From assembly GCA_964244895.1 (NCBI GenBank), contig CAXTKV010000045.1, forward strand, positions 1-29,412: 29,412 nt of DNA, read 5' to 3'. The stretch's first letter is position 1. Each line of letters opens with the position of its first letter. The notes below the pieces were generated by a model. It was not told where the DNA came from. It searched no databases and worked only from the letters and a program-made list of their open reading frames with translations. Both the position numbers and the translations under genes were made by a program. Of the stretch, positions 10,205-19,289 are shown in pieces. The DNA is from an uncultured Deinococcales bacterium. GTDB taxonomy: Bacteria; Deinococcota; Deinococci; Deinococcales; JAAFIG01.

Positions 10205-11260
10205 ATGGACGCGCCGCTCGATCAACCCGCGCCGATACGCTCCGGCGAGGAACTCGATGCGGCGGCGCTCGAGGCGTACCTGCTCGAGCACGTTTCCGGT
10301 GCGAAGGGCGAGCTCGAGGTCTCGCAATTTCCGCGCGGCTTTTCCAACCTGACGTACCTGGTGAAACTCGGTGACACTGAACTGGTGCTGCGCCGCCCAC
10401 CGTTCGGCGCGAACATCAAATCCGCGCACGACATGAACCGCGAGTACCGGATTCTGAAGGCACTGGAACCCGTTTACGACAAGGTTCCGCGCGTCCTGAC
10501 GTATTGTGATGACCCGAGCGTGATCGGCGCGCCGTTCTACGCGATGGAGCGTTTGAACGGTGCGATCCTGCGCAACGCGGCCTCGCCCAGCATGACGCCG
10601 CTGGTCATGCGGCGGGCATCCACGGCGTTGCTGGATGCCTTGGTGGAGTTACACGGATTGGATTATCACAAAGCCGGTCTGGGCGACCTCGGCAAACCGC
10701 GAGGGTACGTCGCGCGTCAGGTTTCCGGCTGGTCGGGACGCTATCAGGACGCCCGCACGGACGACGTGCCGGGCATGGATCGCGCCATGTCGTGGTTGGC
10801 CTCGAGCCTGCCGCCCGAATCCGGTGCGGCATTGATTCACAACGATTTCAAGTACGACAACCTGATGTTCGCACCCGACGATTTCAGCCGCGTGATCGGC
10901 GTGCTGGACTGGGAGATGGCGACGATTGGTGACCCAATGATGGATCTGGGCACGACGCTGGCGTACTGGGCGGAACCGGAAGACCCTCCGGGCTTGCGCG
11001 GTTTCGGCTTGACGCACCTTCCGGGCAACCTCTCGAGGCGCGAACTGCTCGATCTGTACGCCGCGAGAACGGGGTGCGACGTATCGAACGCGGTGTTCTA
11101 TTCCGTTTTTGGCCTGTTCAAGGTCGGCGCGATCATGCAGCAGATCTACGCCAGGTACCGCCAAGGCCTGACGCGCGATCCGCGCTTCGTTCACCTGATC
11201 GAGTTGGTGCGCGAGATCGGCTGGAAGATCGAGCGCACGCTCGAGACTGGCGAGATCTGA
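10205..11260 (+). CDS. APH-family phosphotransferase (ACAD10/11 kinase domain, LvaA-like)
   Basis: 'QFPRGFSNLTY', 'VLRRPP', 'AHDMNREY', Brenner motif HNDFKYDN and 'VLDWEMATIGDP'. Confidence 0.9.
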   Translation: MDAPLDQPAPIRSGEELDAAALEAYLLEHVSGAKGELEVSQFPRGFSNLTYLVKLGDTELVLRRPPFGANIKSAHDMNREYRILKALEPVYDKVPRVLTYCDDPSVIGAPFYAMERLNGAILRNAASPSMTPLVMRRASTALLDALVELHGLDYHKAGLGDLGKPRGYVARQVSGWSGRYQDARTDDVPGMDRAMSWLASSLPPESGAALIHNDFKYDNLMFAPDDFSRVIGVLDWEMATIGDPMMDLGTTLAYWAEPEDPPGLRGFGLTHLPGNLSRRELLDLYAARTGCDVSNAVFYSVFGLFKVGAIMQQIYARYRQGLTRDPRFVHLIELVREIGWKIERTLETGEI

Positions 11261-11283
11261 TATTTGTGAAACACCTCTCTATG

Positions 11284-11337
11284 AAACACCGTCCAGCAGG
11301 GTGTTCCCTGGCCTCAAAATAGACCGTGCTGGACGGT
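11284..11337. repeat. Palindromic repeat family A between convergent genes
   Basis: AAACACCGTCCAGCA...TGCTGGACGGT with 11-bp perfect inner arms. It abuts the stop of the 11337-11852 gene. Confidence 0.75.
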
Positions 11338-11852
11338 TAGACGATCAGCGCTTCGCGAATCGCGTGCCGGAAGACGCGGTACGCGCGCAACGCGGCCTGC
11401 GCCAACCTGCGCAGTTCCGTCTGATCCGGTGAGCTGAAGCTCTGCGCCAGGAAGCGCTCGAGTTCGGTCGCGGCCTCCAGGAAGCTGATGGCGGCGTCTC
11501 GAGGTTGGTTCGAGAAGAATTCGTTGCCGGCAGCCCCCAGGAACGAGGTCAATCGCGAGAAGCGCTCGAGTTTGACGGCCTGGCCGCGTTCGAGTTGCCC
11601 CAGGAGCGCGTACAGTTCGGGTTCGGGCAGGATCGCGTTGGCCTGACGGAACACGTGCTTGTCGCGCTGGCGTTTGACGGGTTGCAGCAACCAAGCCCGC
11701 GCCCGATCTCGGGATCGCCAGCCGATCACCAGAATCGTCACGAATCCGAGCGCCACCGTGCGCCACAAGCCCGCCGAGTCCCACCACGGCGCGAGCATCG
11801 GCCCGAGTTGCTGTTTCCAGGCCTCGAGCAGGTATTTCAGAAGTTCATTCAT
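11337..11852 (-). CDS. Hypothetical protein with one predicted TM segment
   Basis: ATG 11852 follows a G-rich RBS. Hydrophobic 'VALGFVTILVIGW', then a helical domain. It fills the gap downstream of lexA. Confidence 0.6.
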   Translation of the reverse strand: MNELLKYLLEAWKQQLGPMLAPWWDSAGLWRTVALGFVTILVIGWRSRDRARAWLLQPVKRQRDKHVFRQANAILPEPELYALLGQLERGQAVKLERFSRLTSFLGAAGNEFFSNQPRDAAISFLEAATELERFLAQSFSSPDQTELRRLAQAALRAYRVFRHAIREALIV

Positions 11853-11990
11853 ACGCCCCCCGGCGTTTCCTGCGGAATGGTGCGCGACTGCCCGCCCCGA
11901 CTCGAGATGGCTCAAATCGGGTAGACTGCCATTCGCCGCCACGTGCGGTTCGAGGCTCGCGCGATGTATTTCGGTGACGGGTTTCGGTTC

Positions 11991-12029
11991 GGAACACGCG
12001 TCTGCGCCGCCAAGCTGGGCGCGTGTTCC
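11991..12029 (-). terminator. Hairpin downstream of the lexA-like gene (variant of repeat family A)
   Basis: GGAACACGCG...CGCGTGTTCC, 10-bp arms, about 16 nt after the stop. Confidence 0.5.
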
Positions 12030-12045
12030 CTTTTCGGGTGGCTGG

Positions 12046-12672
12046 TTACATGGTGGCCTCCATCATCAGTTCCGCCAGTTCTCCGCGCACCAGTCCACGG
12101 TAGACGCCGTCCACCACGACGCGCTCCAAGGGCAGCCGGATGGCCTGAAATTGCGGGTTGTGCGGTCTGAGCGTGGCTTTCGCGTTCGTCCAGTCCAGGT
12201 ACTTGAGGGTCACTTCGCCGTCCACGCGCACCGCGCAGATCTCGCCGGAGCGCGGTTCGGCCTCGGATTGCAGGATCACGATGTCGCCGTGGTTGATCAG
12301 TTCGCTCATCGAATCGCCGCGCACGCGCAAGCCGAACCAGCCGGGTTTGCCGGGCACGCTCAGATAGCCGACTGGTTCTTGAACCGCGTCTCCCAGCGAT
12401 CCGGCGGCGATGGCACCGATCACGGGCAGGCCGATCAGTCCGGCCACGCGCCTGCCGCGCGGGCTGAACTCGAGTTGCGGTGCGCGCCCCACGCCGAGCG
12501 AGCGCCGCACGATCAAATCTTTTTTCTCGAGGGCTTCGAGGTGTTGGCGCACCGTCGCGTTCTTGAAGCCGAGTTCCGCGCAGAGCGCGTGCTGCGGCGG
12601 GAAGTGAGATTCCCTGCGCCACAAGCGAAGAATCGCGTTCCAGACGTTCTGTTGTGCTGGTGTGAGCTCCAT
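12046..12672 (-). CDS. lexA: LexA-family repressor (winged HTH plus S24 autopeptidase)
   Basis: N-terminal 'LTPAQQ...ATVRQHLEALEKK'. Ala-Gly cleavage site in IAAG, catalytic Ser in VRGDSM and Lys in VTLK. Confidence 0.85.
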   Translation of the reverse strand: MELTPAQQNVWNAILRLWRRESHFPPQHALCAELGFKNATVRQHLEALEKKDLIVRRSLGVGRAPQLEFSPRGRRVAGLIGLPVIGAIAAGSLGDAVQEPVGYLSVPGKPGWFGLRVRGDSMSELINHGDIVILQSEAEPRSGEICAVRVDGEVTLKYLDWTNAKATLRPHNPQFQAIRLPLERVVVDGVYRGLVRGELAELMMEATM

Positions 12673-12681
12673 GAATTCTCC

Positions 12682-12704
12682 GCTACCTCTAAATTAGAGG
12701 TAGC
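12682..12704. promoter_or_regulatory. Perfect 23-bp palindrome, candidate operator of the LexA-like repressor
   Basis: GCTACCTCTAA-A-TTAGAGGTAGC lies between the -10 box and the RBS of lexA. Confidence 0.7.
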
Positions 12705-12707
12705 CTG

Positions 12708-12736
12708 AGTCTAGGGTTTCGATCCGTGAAAGTCAA
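12708..12736 (-). promoter_or_regulatory. Sigma70-type promoter for lexA
   Basis: Minus strand: TTGACT (12736-12731), N17, TAGACT (12713-12708). Confidence 0.75.
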
Positions 12737-12855
12737 GCCCAAAATCCGTGAGTCGCGGATGCATTCTGGAGCCTCCAGACGGCACTCTCGAGCCTTCGCG
12801 CCTCGGGCGCAACAGAACTCCGGCTGCGAAAGTCACCGGACACGTCCCGAGGGCA

Positions 12856-12918
12856 GGGTAACCACAAGGGTTACCCCTACAACACCCTGTCCTGCAGGGG
12901 CAACCTTGATGGTTGCCC
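12856..12918. repeat. Inverted pair of GTAG-type REP sequences
   Basis: 12856-12880 reverse complement is GTAGGGGTAACCCTTGTGGTTACCC. 12894-12918 is GCAGGGGCAACCTTGATGGTTGCCC. Each has an 8-bp stem and 5-nt loop. Confidence 0.7.
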
Positions 12919-13055
12919 TCGCGTCAACACGTTCTCGAGACTGACTTTCGCAAAAGGTCTCGCGTTTGGCATCGAGGCGTCCGGGCCGTCGCGAGTCTCG
13001 AGATCGCGCCGGGATTGATTCAATCTCGAGCCTACGGGGTGCTTCAATCCGCGAA

Positions 13056-13097
13056 AACACCGTCCGGCACGCAGGTATTTGAATGCGTGCTGGACGG
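13056..13097. repeat. Palindromic repeat family A, long form, downstream of GntR
   Basis: AACACCGTCCGGCACGCA...TGCGTGCTGGACGG. Confidence 0.8.
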
Positions 13098-13150
13098 CCT
13101 TCTTTGAGCCGACCTCGCCTGTGGTTCTCGAGCCGAACGTGATCCCACCC

Positions 13151-13909
13151 TCAGGGAAATCTGCGGATCACACCCATGTCGGGTTCGTCCAGCACGTCGG
13201 CGCGCAGCATCGTCATGGCGGCGCGGATGGCGTGGGGTTCGTATTCGGGGCTGGCGTGCGCCAGAACCGTCAAGGCCACCCGCGCGAGTTCCCGCGCGAC
13301 CCGGCGCGCCGCCATGTCGGCGTTGCGAATCACGCAGGCTTCCAGAATGCGTTCGAACTCCTGGTTGAAATTCCCGATCGCGTAGGGCAGCGGCGCGCAC
13401 GACCGCCGGTAGCGCTCGGCGCGTTCGACCTGGGTCGCGATGCTGGTTCGCAGGCTTTCGCTGGCGTGCATCACCAGCGCGGCGTGAAACTTCGTGTGCG
13501 CCCGATCCCAGGATTCCGCGTCCAGTCGCTCGATCGACACGCGCATGGCGGCCACCAGCATGTGCAATTCGCTCAGATCGTCCTCGGTGAATTTCATGGC
13601 GGTGACGCGAATGCCGGTCGTTTCCAGCAGAATCCGTTCGGTCAGCATCACGTCGAGTTCTTCCGGGCTGACCTGGCGCACGCGGGCGCGGCGGTTCTGC
13701 TCGGCTTCGATCAGGCCCTCTTCCTCGAGGCGGCGCATGGCTTCGCGCACGGGGGTGCGGCTGACGCCGAACTCGAGCGCCAAGTTGACTTGCGATAGCG
13801 CGCTGCCAGGTGAGTACGTGCCATCGAGGATGCGTTCGCGCAGTTCGGCGTGCAGCCGTTCCACACCGCGAATTCGGGTGGTGTTCGATGGTTTGAAGTG
13901 GCTGGTCAC
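13151..13909 (-). CDS. GntR (FadR/FCD) transcriptional regulator, divergent from the cox operon
   Basis: 'LRERILDG...LALEFGVSRTPVREAMRRLEEEGLI' and FCD 'KFHAALV'. Start is uncertain (GTG 13909 or ATG 13996). A TATGAT at 13990-13985 favours 13909. Confidence 0.85.
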   Translation of the reverse strand: MTSHFKPSNTTRIRGVERLHAELRERILDGTYSPGSALSQVNLALEFGVSRTPVREAMRRLEEEGLIEAEQNRRARVRQVSPEELDVMLTERILLETTGIRVTAMKFTEDDLSELHMLVAAMRVSIERLDAESWDRAHTKFHAALVMHASESLRTSIATQVERAERYRRSCAPLPYAIGNFNQEFERILEACVIRNADMAARRVARELARVALTVLAHASPEYEPHAIRAAMTMLRADVLDEPDMGVIRRFP

Positions 13910-14044
13910 GTTTCGTGCGCCTCTGGTTGCGCCGCGATCAAAACGGATCGCAGCGAGCGTCTTCGGTCTTTCGGGATTTCCGGGATCATACGGCATGCGA
14001 GTTGAAGTGCGTACACTTTCGCGTAAAAAGTGATCCAGGGTGCA

Positions 14045-14074
14045 TTGACTCTGTGCGGAAGCGAGGCGTAGATT
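14045..14074 (+). promoter_or_regulatory. Candidate sigma70 promoter of the cox operon
   Basis: TTGACT-N18-TAGATT about 90 nt upstream of coxM. Confidence 0.5.
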
Positions 14075-14162
14075 CTGAAACGTCCCAAGCATCTCGAAAG
14101 TCACGACGCGCGCGTTCTCGGGCATCGCGGCTCTCGAAAATCTACGCAGAGGAGCGTGGTTC

Positions 14163-15041
14163 ATGTTCCCAGCCAGTTTCGAGTATGTGCGTACACATTC
14201 CATCGACGAGGCCTTCGCCTCCCTACAGCAGCACGGCGCAGATGCTCGAGTTCTGGCGGGTGGACAGAGCCTGATCCCGGCCATGCGCTACCGCCTCGCT
14301 CGTCCGGGCGTGCTGGTGGACATCAATTCCATTCCCGGACTGTCGTACCTGCGCGAGGAAAACGGCTTTTTGCGGATCGGTGCGACCACCCGCGACGCCG
14401 CGCTCGAGTTCGCGCCGTGGATCAAAGATCGCTACAGCCTGATCACCGCGGTTTCAGCGGTCGTGGCCGACCCGATCGTGCGCCACATGGGTACGGTCGT
14501 CGGCAGCGTCTGCCACAACGACCCAGCCGGGGACTGGACGGCGACCTCGCTCGCGTCCAGGGCGGTGGTGGTCGTGCGCGGCAAGGACGGCATCCGCGAA
14601 ATCCCGATCGATGAGTTTTTGGTGGATTCCTACACCACCGCCGTCCAGGAAGGCGAGATGGCGCTGGAACTGAAAATCCCCGTGCCGGACGCGCACACGC
14701 AGGGTTCCTACCAGAAAATAGAGCGCAAGGTCGGCGATTACGCCACCTGCGCCGCCGCCGTGCAGATCAGCCTGAATGGTGACGGTACGATCCGTCAGGC
14801 GGGCGTCGCCATCACCGCTGCCGGCCCGATCGCCATGCGCGTCAGCGAGGCCGAAAAGATGCTGGTCGGTCAGAAACCCACGCTGGAACTCCTCAAGGCC
14901 GCCGCCGCCGAAGCGCCCAAGATCGCCAGCCCGAACCCCGACCAGCGCGGCAGCGCCGAGTACAAGAAAGACATGACCCGCGTGCTGGTCGGGCGCGGCC
15001 TGAAGCAATCTCTGGAGCGCCTCTCGGTGGTGGTCGCATGA
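14163..15041 (+). CDS. coxM: Aerobic CO dehydrogenase FAD-binding medium subunit
   Basis: '[10 protein letters not shown]', '[16 protein letters not shown]', '[15 protein letters not shown]' and '[10 protein letters not shown]'. Confidence 0.92.
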   Translation: MFPASFEYVRTHSIDEAFASLQQHGADARVLAGGQSLIPAMRYRLARPGVLVDINSIPGLSYLREENGFLRIGATTRDAALEFAPWIKDRYSLITAVSAVVADPIVRHMGTVVGSVCHNDPAGDWTATSLASRAVVVVRGKDGIREIPIDEFLVDSYTTAVQEGEMALELKIPVPDAHTQGSYQKIERKVGDYATCAAAVQISLNGDGTIRQAGVAITAAGPIAMRVSEAEKMLVGQKPTLELLKAAAAEAPKIASPNPDQRGSAEYKKDMTRVLVGRGLKQSLERLSVVVA

Positions 15042-15535
15042 ACGAAATTCCGGTTTCCGTCAAGATCAACGGCAAAGAGGTTACGGCCAGCGTCGAATCG
15101 CGCACGCTGCTGGTGCACTTCATCCGCGAGAACGCCAAACTGACCGGCACGCACGTCGGCTGCGATTCCTCGAGCTGCGGCGTCTGCACGGTTTTGATGG
15201 ACGGTTCGATTCCCGTCAAGTCCTGCACCATGTTCGCGGTCATGGCGGACGGTCACGAGATCACGACCGTCGAATCGCTCGCGCCGGGCGGTGTCTTGCA
15301 CCCCTTGCAGCAGGCCTTCTGGGATCAGCACGGATTGCAATGCGGCTACTGCACGCCCGGCATGCTGATGACCAGCGTGGCGCTCTTGAAGCACAACCCG
15401 AACCCGTCCGAGGCCGAAATCCGCGAGGGCTTATCGGGTAACCTCTGCCGTTGCACGGGCTACAACAACATCGTCAAGGCCGTCACCCAGGCTGCGCAGA
15501 TGATGAGCCAGCCCGCCGCAGCCGCCGACGATTGA
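15038..15535 (+). CDS. coxS: Aerobic CO dehydrogenase [2Fe-2S] small subunit
   Basis: '[12 protein letters not shown]...KSC', 'QCGYCTPG' and 'GNLCRCTGY'. ATGA overlap with coxM. Confidence 0.95.
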   Translation: MNEIPVSVKINGKEVTASVESRTLLVHFIRENAKLTGTHVGCDSSSCGVCTVLMDGSIPVKSCTMFAVMADGHEITTVESLAPGGVLHPLQQAFWDQHGLQCGYCTPGMLMTSVALLKHNPNPSEAEIREGLSGNLCRCTGYNNIVKAVTQAAQMMSQPAAAADD

Positions 15536-15542
15536 TTCTCGA

Positions 15543-15568
15543 GGGAACACCGTTCAGGACGGTGCCCC
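15543..15568. repeat. Palindromic repeat family A, short form, between coxS and coxL
   Basis: GGGAACACCGTTCAGGACGGTGCCCC. Confidence 0.75.
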
Positions 15569-15626
15569 GAGACGCTGACACTGACGCGATATTCCATTCG
15601 AGTTTCGTCCGACCGGAGGACACGCT

Positions 15627-17972
15627 ATGGCCGCAAGCACCGAAAAACACGCACTGGGCAAGAGCATGAAGCGCAAGGAAGACCCGCGCTTCCTGCAAGG
15701 CAAGGGCAACTACATCGACGACATCAACCTGCCCGGACAGTTGTTCATGGCCCTCGTTCACAGCCCCTACCCGCACGCCAACATCAAAGGGATCGACGGT
15801 AGCGCCGCCATGCAGGTTCCGGGCGCGGTCGCGGTCGTGACCAGCAAGGAATTGGATGCCTACAACGTCGGCTGGCTGCCGACCTTCCACGGCCTGGACA
15901 AGCAGATGGTGCTCGCCAACGGTAAGGTCTTGTACCAGTACCAGGAGGTCGCTGCCGTCTACGCCGAGTCCCGCGAGGCCGCCGAAGACATGGCCGAACT
16001 GGTCGACGTGGACTACGAGCCGCTCGAGGTCGTCGTAGACCCCTACAAAGCCATGAAGGACGAGGTCATCCTCAGGAACGACCGCGAGAGCAAGACCAAC
16101 CACATCTTCAACTGGAACGTCGGCGATCAATCCGCGACCGATGCCGCGCTGGCTGCGAGCGATCACGTCGTTAAGCAACACGTCTTCTTCCCACGGGTTC
16201 ACGCCGCGCCGCTCGAGCCGTGCGGTTGCATCGCGGAATTCGACGTGATGGGCCGCCTGCAGTTCTACGTCACCTCCCAGGCCCCGCACGTCTACCGCAC
16301 AGCATTGTTTCTGGTCTTGGGCATCCCGGAAGACAAGATTCACGTCATCTCGCCCGACCTGGGCGGCGGTTTCGGCAACAAGGTTCCGGTTTACCCCGGT
16401 TACGTCTGCGCCATCGCGGGTGCGTTGGTTCTCAAGCGCCCCGTCAAATGGATCGAGACGCGCACGGAAAACCTGACCTCGAGCTTCGCTCGCGACTACC
16501 ACATGGACATCGAGATCGGCGCGACCAAAGAAGGTAAATTGACCGCCCTGAAGGTCAACACGGTCGCGGATCACGGCGCTTTCGACGCCGCTGCCGACCC
16601 CAGCAAGTACCCGGCGGGCATGTTCGGAATTGTTTCCGGCAGCTACGACTTCCCGGTCGCGTTCGCCAACCTAGACGCGTACTTCACCAACAAGATGCCC
16701 GGCGGTGTGGCCTACCGCTGCAGCTTCCGCGTGACCGAAGCCAGTTACCTGATCGAACGCGCAATGGACATCGTGGCGGACGAACTGAAGATGGACCCGA
16801 CGGAACTGCGCCGCAAGAACTTCATTAAAAAAGACCAGTTCCCGTACAAATCACCGCTCAATTTCACCTACGACAGCGGCGATTACGAGCACACGATGGA
16901 CGTGGCGCTCGAGCGGATCGGCTATCAGGATCTTTTGAAGGAACAAGCCGAGAAGCGCGCCAAAGGTGAGCTGATGGGCATCGGCGTCAGCACCTTCACG
17001 GAAGTCACGGGGGCTGGCCCATCCAAGCACTTCGATATTTTGGGCATCAAGATGTTCGACGGTGCAGAGATTCGCATTCACCCGTCCGGCTCGGGCATCA
17101 TCCGCACCGGCACGAAATCTCAGGGCCAGGGTCACGAGACGACCTGGGCGCAGATCGTGGCCGAAGAACTGGGCCTCGATCCACAGAACTTCCTGGTCGA
17201 AGAGGGCGACACCGACACCGCCCCATACGGCCTGGGAACCTACGCCAGCCGCAGCACGCCCGTGGCCGGTGGCGCCCTGGCCCTGGCCGCCCGCAAGATC
17301 CGCGAGAAAGCCCGAAAGATCGCCGCGCACGTGCTGGAAGTCGACGAGCGCGACCTGGAATGGAAGGACTACAAGTTCGAGGTCATGGGTGCGCCCGGCA
17401 AGAGCATCACCATGAAAGAAATCGCGTTTGCGGCCTACACCAACCCAGGCGACAACGAACCCGGTCTCGAGGCGACGCTGTATTACGACCCGCCCAACAT
17501 GGTCTTCCCGCACGGCACGTATGTCGCCGTGGTGGACGTGGATCGCGATACCGGAGAGACCAAAGTCCGGCGCTTCCTGGCGATCGACGACGCGGGCACG
17601 ATCATCAACCCGATGATCGTCGAAGGTCAGGTGCACGGCGGATTGACCGAAGGTTTCGCGATGGCCTTCATGCAGGAAATCGCCTACGACAGCGAGGGCA
17701 ACAACCTGGCCACGAACTTCACCGATTACCTCGTTCCGACCAGCCTCGAGACGCCGCACTGGGAGACCGGGCACACCGTCACGCCCAGCCCGCACCACCC
17801 GATCGGCGCGAAATCCGTCGGTGAAAGCCCGAACGTCGGCAGCCCCGCCGCCTTCGTCAACGCCGTGATCGACGCGCTCAGTCCGCTCGGTGTGCGCCAC
17901 ATCGACATGCCGCTGACGCGCGAGAAAGTCTGGAAGGCCATCCGCGAGGCCGAAGGTCACGCCGCCGATTGA
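15627..17972 (+). CDS. coxL: Form I aerobic [MoCu] CO dehydrogenase large subunit
   Basis: Active-site AYRCSFR at 16710-16730. Also GGGFGNK, QGQGHETT, YASRST and VGESP. Gene order is M-S-L. Confidence 0.95.
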   Translation: MAASTEKHALGKSMKRKEDPRFLQGKGNYIDDINLPGQLFMALVHSPYPHANIKGIDGSAAMQVPGAVAVVTSKELDAYNVGWLPTFHGLDKQMVLANGKVLYQYQEVAAVYAESREAAEDMAELVDVDYEPLEVVVDPYKAMKDEVILRNDRESKTNHIFNWNVGDQSATDAALAASDHVVKQHVFFPRVHAAPLEPCGCIAEFDVMGRLQFYVTSQAPHVYRTALFLVLGIPEDKIHVISPDLGGGFGNKVPVYPGYVCAIAGALVLKRPVKWIETRTENLTSSFARDYHMDIEIGATKEGKLTALKVNTVADHGAFDAAADPSKYPAGMFGIVSGSYDFPVAFANLDAYFTNKMPGGVAYRCSFRVTEASYLIERAMDIVADELKMDPTELRRKNFIKKDQFPYKSPLNFTYDSGDYEHTMDVALERIGYQDLLKEQAEKRAKGELMGIGVSTFTEVTGAGPSKHFDILGIKMFDGAEIRIHPSGSGIIRTGTKSQGQGHETTWAQIVAEELGLDPQNFLVEEGDTDTAPYGLGTYASRSTPVAGGALALAARKIREKARKIAAHVLEVDERDLEWKDYKFEVMGAPGKSITMKEIAFAAYTNPGDNEPGLEATLYYDPPNMVFPHGTYVAVVDVDRDTGETKVRRFLAIDDAGTIINPMIVEGQVHGGLTEGFAMAFMQEIAYDSEGNNLATNFTDYLVPTSLETPHWETGHTVTPSPHHPIGAKSVGESPNVGSPAAFVNAVIDALSPLGVRHIDMPLTREKVWKAIREAEGHAAD

Positions 17973-17981
17973 TGAATTGGT

Positions 17982-18017
17982 GCGCCTCTCGAGGATTTCT
18001 CGAGGGGCGCGTTCTTT
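17982..18017 (+). terminator. Hairpin plus short T-rich tail after coxL
   Basis: GCGCCTCTCGAG-gattt-CTCGAGGGGCGC-gttcttt. The stem is built from two CTCGAG sites. Confidence 0.5.
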
Positions 18018-18019
18018 GG

Positions 18020-18076
18020 GAACACCGTCCAGTGCGCGAATTCTCGAGGCTAAAATACGCGTGTAGGGCGGTGTTC
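18020..18076. repeat. Palindromic repeat family A, long form
   Basis: GAACACCGTCCAGTGCGCG...CGCGTGTAGGGCGGTGTTC. Confidence 0.7.
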
Positions 18077-18209
18077 TCGGGAACGAATCTCTTGCAAGTC
18101 TCGAGTACCACGCTGAATCTCGAGGGATCGTTGCCGCACGAGGCCGCACACACGGTTCGCCCCTCCACGAGCCGAAGATCAACCCACGAAAATTTCTCGA
18201 GACATCAGG

Positions 18210-18263
18210 GATACCGTCCCACACGCGAATTCTCGAGAACAAGAATAACCGTCCAGGACGGTT
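18210..18263. repeat. Palindromic repeat family A, half copy plus short form
   Basis: GATACCGTCCCACACGCG, then AACCGTCCAGGACGGTT at 18247-18263. Confidence 0.7.
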
Positions 18264-18295
18264 CCCTCGAGCCCAACCCGTGAAAGTACCCGATT

Positions 18296-19249
18296 ATGAC
18301 ACCCCGCAAGATCATCATTGATACCGACCCCGGCGTGGACGACACGATGGCGATTTTTCTCGCGTTGCGCTCGCCGGAAATTGAAGTCATCGGGCTGACC
18401 ACGATCTTCGGCAACGTCCACACCAGCCTGGCTACGGTCAACGCATTGCGTCTGCTCGAGATCGCGGGTCGCTCAGATATTCCCGTGGCGCACGGCGCGG
18501 ACAACCCGCTCGCGCGCGATTACTCCGGCCCCGTCCCGTTCATTCACGGTGAGGATGGTCAGGGCAACGTTCACCTATCGCCGCCCTCCAGCGCGGCAAT
18601 TCCTCAGCGCGCCGCCGCGTTTATCGTGGATCAGATCATGAGCGCACCCGGTCGGGTCACGCTCGTGCCGATCGGCCCGTTGACCAACATCGCGCTGGCC
18701 CTTCGGCTCGAGCCGCGCATCGTTGAACACGTGCGGGAAGTCGTGCTGATGGGCGGCAATGCGCTGGTTCCGGGTAACGCGACCCCGGCGGCGGAAGCCA
18801 ACATTCACAACGACCCGGAAGCTGCCGAACTGGTCTTCGGCGCTTCGTGGCCCGTCACGATGGTGGGCCTCGACGTGACGCACGAAGTCGTGATCTCACC
18901 AGAGCAGATCGCCGCGCTCGAGAAGGCGCAGAACCCGCTCGCCCACCACATCAGCCGGATCTCGAGGTTGTACCAGCAGTTCGTGGAATCCTCGAGCAAC
19001 ATTCGCGGTTATTACATTCACGACCCGAGCGCCATCGCGTACCTGGTCGATCCCAGCATCTTCGAGGTGCACCAGTGGCCGTTGCGCGTCGAAACCCTCG
19101 GCATCAGCGCGGGCAAGACCTGGCCCGCCACCAACGAACACCGCGTCCACCGCGACTGGGCCGACCGCCCGAACGTCAACATCTGCACGGGCGTCGAGCC
19201 CGAACGACTTCTCAATCTGATCCTCGAGCGATTGGGTCACGACGAATAA
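18296..19249 (+). CDS. Inosine/uridine-preferring family nucleoside hydrolase
   Basis: DTDPGVDD, GPLTNIA, 'MGG...GNATPAAEANIHNDPEAA', VGLDVT and HDP motifs. Confidence 0.93.
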   Translation: MTPRKIIIDTDPGVDDTMAIFLALRSPEIEVIGLTTIFGNVHTSLATVNALRLLEIAGRSDIPVAHGADNPLARDYSGPVPFIHGEDGQGNVHLSPPSSAAIPQRAAAFIVDQIMSAPGRVTLVPIGPLTNIALALRLEPRIVEHVREVVLMGGNALVPGNATPAAEANIHNDPEAAELVFGASWPVTMVGLDVTHEVVISPEQIAALEKAQNPLAHHISRISRLYQQFVESSSNIRGYYIHDPSAIAYLVDPSIFEVHQWPLRVETLGISAGKTWPATNEHRVHRDWADRPNVNICTGVEPERLLNLILERLGHDE

Positions 19250-19289
19250 ACCCCGATCTCGAGACGCACCACGCACGGAAAGGACACCC

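Noticed and set aside
11337..12672. lexA-imuA-imuB-dnaE2 mutagenesis cassette or prophage repressor region
   Set aside because: The downstream gene is a TM hypothetical with no RecA-like or polymerase motifs, and there are no phage genes.
14163..17972. Xanthine dehydrogenase or form II cox-like assignment, suggested by the nearby nucleoside hydrolase
   Set aside because: The AYRCSFR motif, M-S-L order and coxD/E/G genes fit form I CODH.
15483..18242. Long minus-strand ORFs opposite coxL
   Set aside because: Antisense frame kept open by the codon bias of coxL.
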